A stretch of 64,000 nt of DNA from Camelus ferus (Eukaryota), in NCBI RefSeq assembly GCF_009834535.1, contig NC_045708.1:30566001-30630000 (forward strand). Direction: 5' to 3'. Positions 39,701-49,683 of the stretch are shown one piece after another; the first letter of the stretch is position 1, and every line of letters begins with the position of its first letter. Under the pieces are notes generated by a model that did not search any database, was not told the origin of the DNA, and saw nothing but the letters and a program-made list of their open reading frames with translations. Position numbers and translations under genes: made by a program.

Positions 39701-40299
39701 CATGGCCTGCGGGACAAAGGAGCCTGAGTCTGCAGTGGGCCCTTTGTGCTTCCTTCCTGCCAGGTAGCCTCTCTCCCCCCGGGCCACTCCTGGGGGTGAG
39801 GGGGTTACCCTTTCCCAGTGTTTTTATTCCTGTGGCACTTACCCCAAACTATTAAAAGTAGCTTTGTAATTAAAATAAAAAAGGAGAGCTCATCGACGGT
39901 AAAGGTCTCTATGATGAAAGGCTTGTCTCTCAGAAAAGGGAAGGACCTTACCCCTTGGACCCCAAGCCATGGGGTGCCAGGAGGGTCAGCATATGGGTTG
40001 GAGGGAGGTCTGGGCTGTAGGGCAAGGGGTGCCATCAGAGAAGGGTAAGAGCTATGGTTGTGCTGGTTCACTCGCTTTGCTGTCAGACTTTCCCAGGCCC
40101 TCATCTTTAGCACCTTTGTCTTACCTCCTAGGTCTCCTCCATCTACCTCCTGCCTTCCTCTTTCCAGCCAGCGAAACAGTGTTGGGAGGGTGCCCTTCTG
40201 GGATGAGGTCAATGGGAACAGGAGCGCCCAGGTCCTTGGGGGCCTCTTTTGGGACTCTCTGAACTTGGCAACCCTTTTCTCCTCTCCCCTTGGGCCCAG

Positions 40300-40438
40300 G
40301 TCAGCTTGCCAGTTTCTTCCTGACTGAAGATCACATCCACCCCCAGATGAATGAATTTTCCTGGAAGGATGTTACCAATGCCTTGTCCCTGGCCAACATG
40401 ATCCTGGGGCTCTTCTCTATCTTCTGCAGCTTCTGCAA
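40300..40438 (+). CDS. TMEM269: TMEM269 exon 2 (139 nt)
   Basis: Strong pyrimidine tract ...ccttttctcctctccccttgggcccag|; frame open G-QLASFFLTEDHIHPQMNEFSWKDVTNALSLANMILGLFSIFCSFC-K; in-frame ATGs at 40347 and 40398; donor AA|GTAGGT. Confidence 0.85.
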
Positions 40439-41429
40439 GTAGGTCTGGGCCCCAGCAAGCTCCTAGCCAAGAATGGGAGTCAGTGGCATGAGGGAATGAG
40501 GTGGGAGTCTAGAGAGCTGGGCACTGAGGTGTACAGATCAATTGGGGGCAGGAGAAAGTGCAGTGGGTTGGGAGTCAAGGGGCTGAGATCCTAGCCTCAG
40601 TTCTACCACCAACCTGATATGGCCTTGGCTAGGTCACATCCTGAGCCTCAGTTTCTCCATCTTTAAAACAAGGAGCTCACACTGTGATCTCTATAGTTCC
40701 TTCCAGCTTTGCCAGCCTAGAATGGTTTCTATGAGAAAGTCAAGCAATTCTGTTCTGGCAGCCTTCGCACAATCCTTAAGTAGTCAGGCTACCTACCATC
40801 AAATTTTTTTGATTCTTAAATTAGAGCATATGATCTAGCAGAATAATTGAAATTAACATTGTTCTGGAAACTCTGAGACTTATGTATGGCCCCCCAAAAA
40901 AGCTATAAGCAAATTATGTTTCTATAAATTGAATCATATTTTAACGTCTTTGGGAAATCAGCTCTTTAAAGATAAGTCCTTTATAATACAAATAACATCC
41001 TCCTAATCTGTTTGATTCTTATAACCATTAGCAAGTGACTTTTCTGGATCTGTTTCTCATCTGTAAAATAAGATGATTTTACCTGATGATGTTTAAGTTC
41101 CCTTCCAGTCTGAAAGTTTTATGATTCCCTAAGTCTGGGTTTTGGGGGCCTCATAAAGTGGGGCATACCTGCAGCTGAAAATCTCCATCTTCTTAGTTCA
41201 GCCTAATCTTCTGGGAGCGTAGGTTATATGTCATGATGGGGGCCCAATTCCTTTTAGACACATAGGTATGGGTCTCAACAAAGGAAATGCTAAGTTTGTT
41301 TCGGGACAGCTGAGGTCTGGAGTCAGGCTCTGTTTGCTTCTGCTGGGCCACCCAAGCATTGCAGCTCCTAGGGCAGCTTGGCCTGAGATTGTGGTGGCTG
41401 CTTTTAGAGGGGTCTGGGAATATGTGCTG

Positions 41430-43680
41430 GAAAGAAACAGAATCCTTGAATGTAGAGTCTGAAAGATGCCTTGGAAATTATTCAGAGCATCAAGATACAT
41501 GAGACAAAAACTGATAGAACTACAAGGAGAAACTGATGAATCTGTTATCATAGTTGGATATTTCTATACCCCTCTATCAGTAATTGACAGATCCAGCAGG
41601 CAGAAAATCAGTAAGGATATAGTTGAATTGAATAGCATCATCAATCCACTGGATCTAATTGATATTTATAAATATCATCCAACAACAGCAGAATACACAT
41701 TCTTCTCAAGCTCACTAAGACAGACCACATTCTGGGCTGTGAGACATACTTTAACAAATAAAATAGAAATCATATAAAGTATGCTGTCAGATATTCTTCT
41801 GGAATTAAACTAGAAATTAATAACAGAGATAACTAGAAAACCCCAAAATAGATGGAGGTTAAACAACTTACTTCTAAATAATACATGATAAAAAAAAAAG
41901 AAGTCTCAAGAGAAATTTTAAAATATTTTGAACTAAAAGAAGTGAAAATACAACTTAGCAAAATTTGTAAGATGCAGTGAAAGCAGTGTTTAGAGGGAAA
42001 GTTATAGCATTGAATGCATATTTTAAAAAAGAAATCTGCTCTGCAAAAGATAGCATCAAGAGAATGAGAAGAAAAGCTTCAGACTAGGAGAAAATGTTTG
42101 TAAAAGGTACATCAGATAAAGAACTATAGTGCAAAATATATAAGGCTTAAAACTAAATAATAAGAAAACAACCCAATTTAAAAAGGGCCAAAGACTGTAG
42201 CAGATACCTCACCAAAGAAGATATACAGATAGCATTTAAGCATGCGAAAAGATACTCAATATCATATACCATCAGGGAAATGCAAATTAAATAACAGTGA
42301 GATACTACTACACACCTATTAGAATGACTGGAATCCAGAACACTAACAAAAAGAAATNNNNNNNNNNNNNNNNNNNNNNNNNNNNNNNNNNNNNNNNNNN
42401 NNNNNNNNNNNNNNNNNNNNNNNNNNNNNNNNNNNNNNNNNNNNNNNNNNNNNNNNNNNNNNNNNNNNNNNNNNNNNNNNNNNNNNNNNNNNNNNNNNNN
42501 NNNNNNNNNNCCAAATGAATTTAAAACTATGTCCAAAACCTGTACGNNNNNNNNNNNNNNNNNNNNNNNNNNNNNNNNNNNNNNNNNNNNNNNNNNNNNN
42601 NNNNNNNNNNNNNNNNNNNNNNNNNNNNNNNNNNNNNNNNNNNNNNNNNNNNNNNNNNNNNNNNNNNNNNNNNNNNNNNNNNNNNNNNNNNNNNNNNNNN
42701 NNNNAAGAGCCTTAAATGCATATTATTAAGGGAAAGAAGCCAATCTAAAAAGGCTACATATTGTATGACTCCAACTATGTGACATTCTGGAAAAGACAAT
42801 GTGAGGGAAATATGTCTCCAAAAATATAGAGATAATAAAAAGATCAGTGGTTGCTAGGAGGGCTGGGAAGGACATAAATAGGTAGAGCACAGAGGATTTT
42901 TAAGACAAAGTACTCCATTGAAAAAAAAAGAAAAAGAAAGTACTCCATATGATATTGTAATGATGGATATGTCATTACATTTTTGTGCAAACCATAGAAT
43001 GTACAACACCAAGAGTGAACCCTAAGGTAAACTATGGATTTTGCGTGATTATGATGTGTCAGCATGGGTTCATTCTTGGTACATACCAGGAACCAGGATG
43101 TACCAGGCTAGTGAGTGATGTTGTCAACATGGGAGAGGCTGTGCACATGTAGGGACAAGGTGCAAATGGGAACTCTGTACTTTTGCTCTCAGTTTTGTCG
43201 TAAACCTAAAACTTCTCTAAAAAAATAGTCTTAGAAAAATTTGAAAGGAAGGAAGATCTAAAATCAATGATGNNNNNNNNNNNNNNNNNNNNNNNNNNNN
43301 NNNNNNNNNNNNNNNNNNNNNNNNNNNNNNNNNNNNNNNNNNNNNNNNNNNNNNNNNNNNNNNNNNNNNNNNNNNNNNNNNNNNNNNNNNNNNNNNNNNN
43401 ATGAAACCAAAGCCTGGTTTTTTGAAAAGATCAGCAAAATTGATAAACCTCTAGTCAGGCTAACCAAGAAGAAGAGAATTACCAGTATCAGAAGTGAAAG
43501 ACGAGGAATCATTACATGAACATTAACAGATAATAAAGGAATATTGTGAACGATTTATGCCCACAAATTTGATAGCCTGGATGAAACAGTCCAATTCCTT
43601 AGAAGACATAAGCTACCAAAACTCACACTAGGAGAAATAGATAATCTAAATAGGCCTCTATGTATTAAAGAAATCATTTG
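41430..43680 (+). mobile_element. Old L1 ORF2 endonuclease/linker fragment interrupted by a nested L1 3' fragment (about 42035-43230)
   Basis: YMRQKLIELQGETDESVIIVGYFYTPLSVIDRSSRQKISKDI (endonuclease domain), resuming at 43235 with GGAAGATCTAAAATCAATGA...GGTTTTTTGAAAAGATCAGCAAAATTGATAAACC. Confidence 0.85.
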
Positions 43681-43900
43681 GTACAAGCCCCTCATTTTAC
43701 AGATGGAGGGACAGAGGCCTGTAGAAAGTGGGAGGTGATTTACCTGAGAATTCACAGTGAGATGGTTGCAGAGGCTGGGCCAGGGCCTAGGATCCCGCTT
43801 GCCATTGAACATGCCTGGAACTTAGAGTTTAAAGGGACCTTAGTGATTACCTAGGGGGTTCAGGTAAGACTGTGGGTTGAAGGTATGGAAGGGATGTAGG

Positions 43901-43903
<3 letters not shown>

Positions 43904-43958
<55 letters not shown>
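43904..43958 (+). repeat. (GT)27 microsatellite
   Basis: Counted directly. Confidence 0.97.
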
Positions 43959-43959
<1 letters not shown>

Positions 43960-44108
43960 TGTGTAAAGCAGCATCTATCAGAAAGGATGTAAGTGTGGGG
44001 AACATGTAGGGGGGTGTGTATATGTGCACGGTGGGAAGCATATTGGTATATTGGAGGGAGGGTGGAGTCCAGTGGAGACTCTGAAAGAGCTGTGGGCCTG
44101 CACTTTAG

Positions 44109-44206
44109 GAAATCCCCCTGCGCCTCCTGGTTGCTTTTGGTCGGCTTTCTGTTAGACATGGCTATCGGAGCAGTGACCAGACACCTCAACATCTGCTCCA
44201 AGTCAG
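44109..44206 (+). CDS. TMEM269: TMEM269 exon 3 (98 nt)
   Basis: ctttag|K-KSPCASWLLLVGFLLDMAIGAVTRHLNICSKS-G|gtgagt. Confidence 0.92.
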
Positions 44207-44870
44207 GTGAGTCCAGGCCTCAGACTCGTCATCCCTGACCCCGGGAGCACCCATTCAGGTCAGCTCCTCCATCCTCTAACATCCAGCGGGCTTTCATCAG
44301 TCTCCAGTCCTGTTCGCATCCCTCTGAGTATAGCAGAGGCAGCCCTAGGACAGGAGTTTGTGAGCCCCACAGTCCAGATCTAGGTCCTCTGCTGGCTCAC
44401 CTATTGATCTCTGGCTGTCCTTGTCCTGGCTTTCAGTTTCCTAATCTGCCCTGCCTCCCTCTTCAGGGCCGATCTGGGACTGGGAGTGGTGATTGTGGTA
44501 ATGAGGGAGTGGGGAAATGAAAAGTTACCCCAAGCAGAGCAGCTGGTTTAAAATACAGTAAAAATATTTCCATGTAAGATTTTACTTGAAAAAAGAGTTT
44601 CATAGCTTATCAATTTGTTCCCAGTTGAGTTCCAACATTTGCATGTTTAAGGATGGGAAAACTAAGACCTAGACAGGGAAAGGCTTGCTTGGGGCCACAT
44701 GGTCAGTTTGAGGCAGAGCTTAGAAGGACACTCTAGTCTTTGACCTAGAGACCAGAGGAGAGCAGCTGTTGCCCTCTGGGATCCTGCTTGTCACACTCCA
44801 GACCCCCACCAGGGGGGACTAATGTACAAGACATATGACTGTAAGTTCTAACCTTGGCCTTCTGGAGCAG

Positions 44871-45014
44871 GAGCTGAGCTGAATGACTTTGCTGTCTTCA
44901 CCACCTTTGGCCTGGCATCAGCCCTGCTTCTAGGCGTGGATGGGCCTCTGAATGGGTTCCTCGCCATCATCTATGTGTTAGCTATTTCCTTCCGCCTCTG
45001 TTTTTATTCACCTG
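44871..45014 (+). CDS. TMEM269: TMEM269 exon 4 (144 nt)
   Basis: gagcag|G-AELNDFAVFTTFGLASALLLGVDGPLNGFLAIIYVLAISFRLCFYSP-G|gtgagt. Confidence 0.92.
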
Positions 45015-45629
45015 GTGAGTGGAAGCCAGCCTTATGGCTGAGGGTCTGGCATCATGGAGGGGAGGAGTTGTTGGTGCCAGAAGCCTGGGGTGCAGTAATT
45101 GACTCCTCTCCTTCCTTTTATGGACACCCCCTTCCTTCCTTCTCCCCTGCTCCAGGCCCACTGGAGACCGCAAGCTGCACTGGCAGAGCCCTGGTCTAGT
45201 GGGCGGGAGCCCTCGGTTCTTGGACCAGCTGTGACTTTTTCTTGTTGTGTGTCCTTTGGATGGAGCATATGGATTCACAGGCTTTAAAACTAGGTGGAGA
45301 AACTGAGCTCTGGTGAGGGCGATTGCCTTGCCTGAGGTCACATGGCAAGGGATTGCAGGCGCAGACTAAATGGTCTCAAAGGACCCTTCTACAGAGGCTC
45401 CATAGGGGCTGGGACATAGGCCTGGTCCTAGCTTCCAGCTTCACCTTGGGGATCGAGTGCAAAGCCCACCTGTCGTCTCGGAATAACTAAGTGCTTTACA
45501 GATGTGCACTGCCCTGGGATTAAGGGGGTTTGGAATGTGGGGCAGAGAAGACTCAAAGAGAGAAGGCTGCTTCTTGTGCATGGTTTGGAGCAGTGGGAAG
45601 CAGCTCACCCCATCTTCTTTTCCTGGCAG

Positions 45630-45830
45630 GCATTCCTTTCACATACAAGGGTCTACCCTGCCCCTATGCTTCCTGTGTTTTGGCCTCCACCTCCCTTCTG
45701 ACCAACGGCAACACGTTCATTCTCTCTTGCATGGCCTGTCTCATGATTCTGTTCATGATGGATCAGAGCTACTACCCACATGACGAAATCCTGGAGTCTG
45801 AGAACTGGAAAAAAATGGTCTATCTGGGAG
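45630..45830 (+). CDS. TMEM269: TMEM269 exon 5 (201 nt)
   Basis: tggcag|G-IPFTYKGLPCPYASCVLASTSLLTNGNTFILSCMACLMILFMMDQSYYPHDEILESENWKKMVYLG-G|gtgagt. Confidence 0.93.
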
Positions 45831-45844
45831 GTGAGTGAAAATAC

Positions 45845-46105
45845 TGCTCTCATATGTCACTAGTGGTCCTTTATTATCACTGCTGTTCACTGCCACCCTG
45901 TATCTCACCCAGCATTCCCTGTCTCTCTCACCCTGCTTTATTTTTTCCATAGAATTGATCATCACCTGACATGTATTTACTTGTTTATTGCCTATACACA
46001 CTAAACCTGACCCCAGTGGAGGAATCGCTTTTATTCGCGCTATAATCCCTAGCACCTAGGCTTGTGCCACTCACACAGTAGATGCTCAATAAATATTTGT
46101 TGGAT
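45845..46105 (+). mobile_element. L2 3' end immediately after TMEM269 exon 5
   Basis: CCCTAGCACCTAGG...ACAGTAGATGCTCAATAAATATTTGTTGGATG. Confidence 0.7.
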
Positions 46106-46261
46106 GTTATTAAGCTGAACAGAAATTTAGGGAACACCTATCATATGCCAGGTAGTAGGAGTCAAAACGGTGAACTAGACAAACACGTCAGGATTTACAG
46201 TCCTGTAGGGGAGACAGATACGAAACAAATCATGGCAGAAGTAACTAAAATATATAGTTTT

Positions 46262-46456
46262 TGTTTTTTGAATTTCTTAATGTTATTGAAGTACAGCCAG
46301 TTTACAATGTCATGTCGATTTCTGGTGTACCACATAATGTTTCAGTCAAACAGACACATACATATATTCCCTTTCATATTCTTCTTCATTATAGATTACT
46401 GCAAGATATTGAATATACTTCTCTGTGCTATACAGTATAAACTTGTTGTTTATCTA
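46262..46456 (-). mobile_element. 5'-truncated artiodactyl L1 3'UTR (195 nt) with perfect 16-bp TSD
   Basis: TSD TAAAATATATAGTTTT at 46246-46261 and 46457-46472; body homologous to 20530-20720. Confidence 0.9.
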
Positions 46457-46591
46457 TAAAATATATAGTTTTGATGTGTTGTGAAACTACAGGGTGCTCT
46501 CAGAGGGCATCAGAGGGTGACCTGATTTAGACTGGGATGCCTAAAGGGTAGGAAAGGATCCTTAAGGAGGTGACATTTAAATGAAACCCAG

Positions 46592-46898
46592 GTAAAAGTG
46601 GTCAAAAGGTTAAAAACTCCAGTTATAAGATAAACAAGTTCTGGACATATAATGTATAGCGTGCTGACTGCAGTTAACAATACTGTATCATCTGTTCAAA
46701 AGTTGCTACGTGAGTAGCTATTAAAAGTTTTCATCACAAGAAAAAATTTTGTAACTATGTGAGGTGATGGATGTTAACTACATTTATTATGGTGATCAGG
46801 TTGCCATATACACAAATATCAAATTGCTGTTACACCTTGGACTAATACAATGTTATATATCAATGATAGCACAACAAAACTGGAAGAAAATAAAAAAT
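46592..46898 (+). mobile_element. Older L1 (L1MA/MB-type) 3' end
   Basis: GGTCAAAAGGTTAAAAACTCCAGTTATAAGATAAACAAGTTCTGG...ACTAATACAATGTTATAT...AAATAAAAAAT. Confidence 0.75.
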
Positions 46899-48652
46899 AT
46901 GGGACACCTGCAAGATGGTTGGCCAAGTGGTGGGAGGGGTGGTTCAGAAGAGGAAACAGAATTTTGTGAATGCTCGGAGGCAAGAAAGCGTTAGAGCAGC
47001 AGTGCAGCTGGACTTGCTGAGCGAGGGGCTGGTGACAGACTGAGACCAGTGATGTGGGCAGACCGGGCAGGATTTAGGATTTGGTCCTGCAGGCAAATGA
47101 GAAGCATCTGAAGGGATTTCTGTGTGATAGTTTTCAATGATCACTTTGACTACAAAGTGGAGAATAGATTGTAGGAGACTGAGAAAGGAGGGAGAAAAAC
47201 CAGCCTTTCATCAGATAAGAGGTGATGGTGGTGGTGGGGATGAAGAGATTTGATATAAATGTTGGAAATAGGATTCATATCAAGGAAGCAGGTTCTGGGC
47301 TATAGCAACTGAGTGATGGGTTCCAGGCGCTGAGGTCCTGGTCACACTGGGGCCCTGGCAGAGGCCTTCCTAGAGTTTCCCCTGACTTAGGGCTTTCTTC
47401 AAGGAATATCAAATTTGCTTCTTTGAAATGTGCTCATGTAAACAAGACAAACATCTATGGGGATGCTGAGTTTCTTTCTGTATTCCCTCGTTGTGGGTCC
47501 ACTGGGTTTGCAGGGTCCTGGGTTCCCTCCTGACCCTCCCCTTTAGGTTCCCACCCTTTGTTCTGTAGCATTAGACCAACAACCCTGTCCAATCTCTAGG
47601 CGCTGGCTCCTCCTGTGCCCCAGTTGGCAGAGGCAGAATTGGGGTGAGAAGAGTCTGGGTTTGGAGCTAAAGAGACCTGAGTTCAAGTTCTACCCCCAGC
47701 ACATAGGGTTGCATGAATTTGGGTTAATTACCCTTCTGCAGTTTTCTTCATCTGGGAAAGCAAGCCAATTCAGGATTCTTGAAACTGAATGAGACAATGT
47801 ATATAAATCCTCTGGCACAGATGTATCCTTTAAATGGAAATTTCTAGCCCTCTTCTTCCCTCCACCTGCCCTTCTCTTATCTCATAGCAACAGTATTTCC
47901 CACCATGTTCTTTGCTCCTGTGGACACCACCGATCCTCTCTTCTCACAATAAGCAGTGCACTTGGCCTTAGCCTTCCTTGTATCGTCTGTGCTATGTGAA
48001 TAAAGGAGGGAGCTGCACCTCACAGACTTGACACTAGTTGATACTGGAGCCCTACTAGATACATTTCAGAATGCCTGCTGTAGATATTCCTCTTGCCTGG
48101 AGTGCAGCCAGTCACCTGTTTAGACTGAAGCCCCTTCTCCCCAACAGAGCTCTGTACATCTGAGAAGCTGGCCTAGCTAAGACTTTTTTCCAGGACAACT
48201 CTGGTTTAAAATATTATCTCATTGATGCAACAGGTCAATGACTGTTCTCTTGATGCCATATTCCAAAGCTTCAGGAACTTCCTGTAACTGCTTCTTACCC
48301 CAGTAGTGGTCTTCTGGCAGAGCACGAGTTCTGGTTTCTCTTGAGCACGTGGTGGTTATTCCCATGGGCATGCTGTGGGTCATACTCTCCCACCCTCCTT
48401 TTGAGCTTTCTGAAGCAGTGTAAGTGTCTAGTTATTAAGAGTTGGATAGACATGGGATTGAATCAGGGTCTTCGGCAGGTTACATCCTGTTTCCTTATCT
48501 GAAAAAGACTTAATTCTAAATCACAGGATAGCTGTGAAATGTACATAAAGTAATTTTTGTACCATACCTGGCAGAATGTCTAGCACAAAGTAGATCTTCC
48601 ACAAATGTTAGTGCCCTTTTGCCTTTCAGTGGTGAATCTGAGATTCAAATTG

Positions 48653-49197
48653 TGTTGGGCCCTCAAGACCACCTCCAGGTTCAGTGATTCTCTAGGAGGA
48701 CTCACAGGATTCTGCAGATAGTCATACTTATAGCATAAATTTACTATAGCAAAAGGATACAAAGCAAAATCAGCCAAGGGAAGGTAGAAAGGGGCGAAGT
48801 TTGGAGGGAAGCAGGCGCAAGCTTCCAAAAGTCCTCTCCCAATGGGGTCACACAGGACACACTTAATTCTCCAGAACTGAATTGTGACACAACTTCTGAA
48901 GGTCTGCCTACTGGGAAGTTCTTTAGAGACTCAGTGCTGAAGGTATTTACAGGGGCCGGACACATAAGTCTCCTCTGCCTAGCATGTACCAAAATTCCAG
49001 ACTTCCACAGAAGGAAGTCTGCGCTCCACATTAACTACCTTGCTTCTATAAACAGTCTAAGCACAGTGAGCCACTCTTCTCGGTTTTATCAGTGTAGAGA
49101 ACTATTTACTTCTCGTTTCCAGGCCTCTGCCCACCTTGCAAGCAGGCCTCTCTAAGGATAGCAGTTGCAGGCCTGCTAGGTTAACTCTTTTCTGCGT
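48653..49197. mobile_element. MER21-like solo LTR in the last TMEM269 intron
   Basis: CAAGACCACCTCCAGGTTCAGTGATTCTCTAGGAGGACTCACAGG...AAAGGATACAAAGCAAAATCAGC...GGATAGCAG...GTTAACTCTTTTCTGC matches recalled MER21 consensus blocks. Confidence 0.75.
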
Positions 49198-49546
49198 GAG
49201 TATAATATTGTATTGGCCCATATCACATGTTAAACTTGAAACAATTATGAATATTTTTCTTTTTTTTTTTAACAAGACATCTGGGCTACTCATATTTATT
49301 CTTGGCTAAGAGTGATTTCTGATCTGAATTTGACAAAACGGAACCTGAGATTACATTAGAATTAATTTTCTAGTTACGCACAGACAAACCTCGTAAAGGC
49401 AGGCTCATGTGCCATTGGTTTTAGTATCTTAGGCACTATGAGTGAAAACTGAAGGCTGGAAGGATGGGGATGGGAGAGTAGAGGGTGGAAAATACATGTA
49501 AGAGGGCTTCGTAAAAATTGAGTGTTTGCCTCTTTTCTTCTTCCAG

Positions 49547-49683
49547 GTGTCATCATGCTGTTTTTGTCTCCATTCTCGCTAACTGCTTTTTACTGCCTGA
49601 TGTGGTCACTCTCCTACATCTTCTTTCCAGATGCTCTGTGGGGCAAGGCAGCATGTCTTAGGCTACAGCACCGAAGATACTAA
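49547..49683 (+). CDS. TMEM269: TMEM269 last coding exon (137 nt)
   Basis: ttccag|G-VIMLFLSPFSLTAFYCLMWSLSYIFFPDALWGKAACLRLQHRRY*; TAA at 49681-49683; AATAAA candidates at 50380 and 50618. Confidence 0.92.

Noticed and set aside
40345-40347. AG directly before ATG 40347 as the main TMEM269 exon 2 acceptor
   Set aside because: The AG at 40298-40299 has a much stronger pyrimidine tract and an open frame, so 40345-40346 is kept only as a possible minor site
41466-41777. 103-aa ORF with endonuclease-like sequence
   Set aside because: Decayed L1 ORF2 fragment with frameshifts and stops downstream
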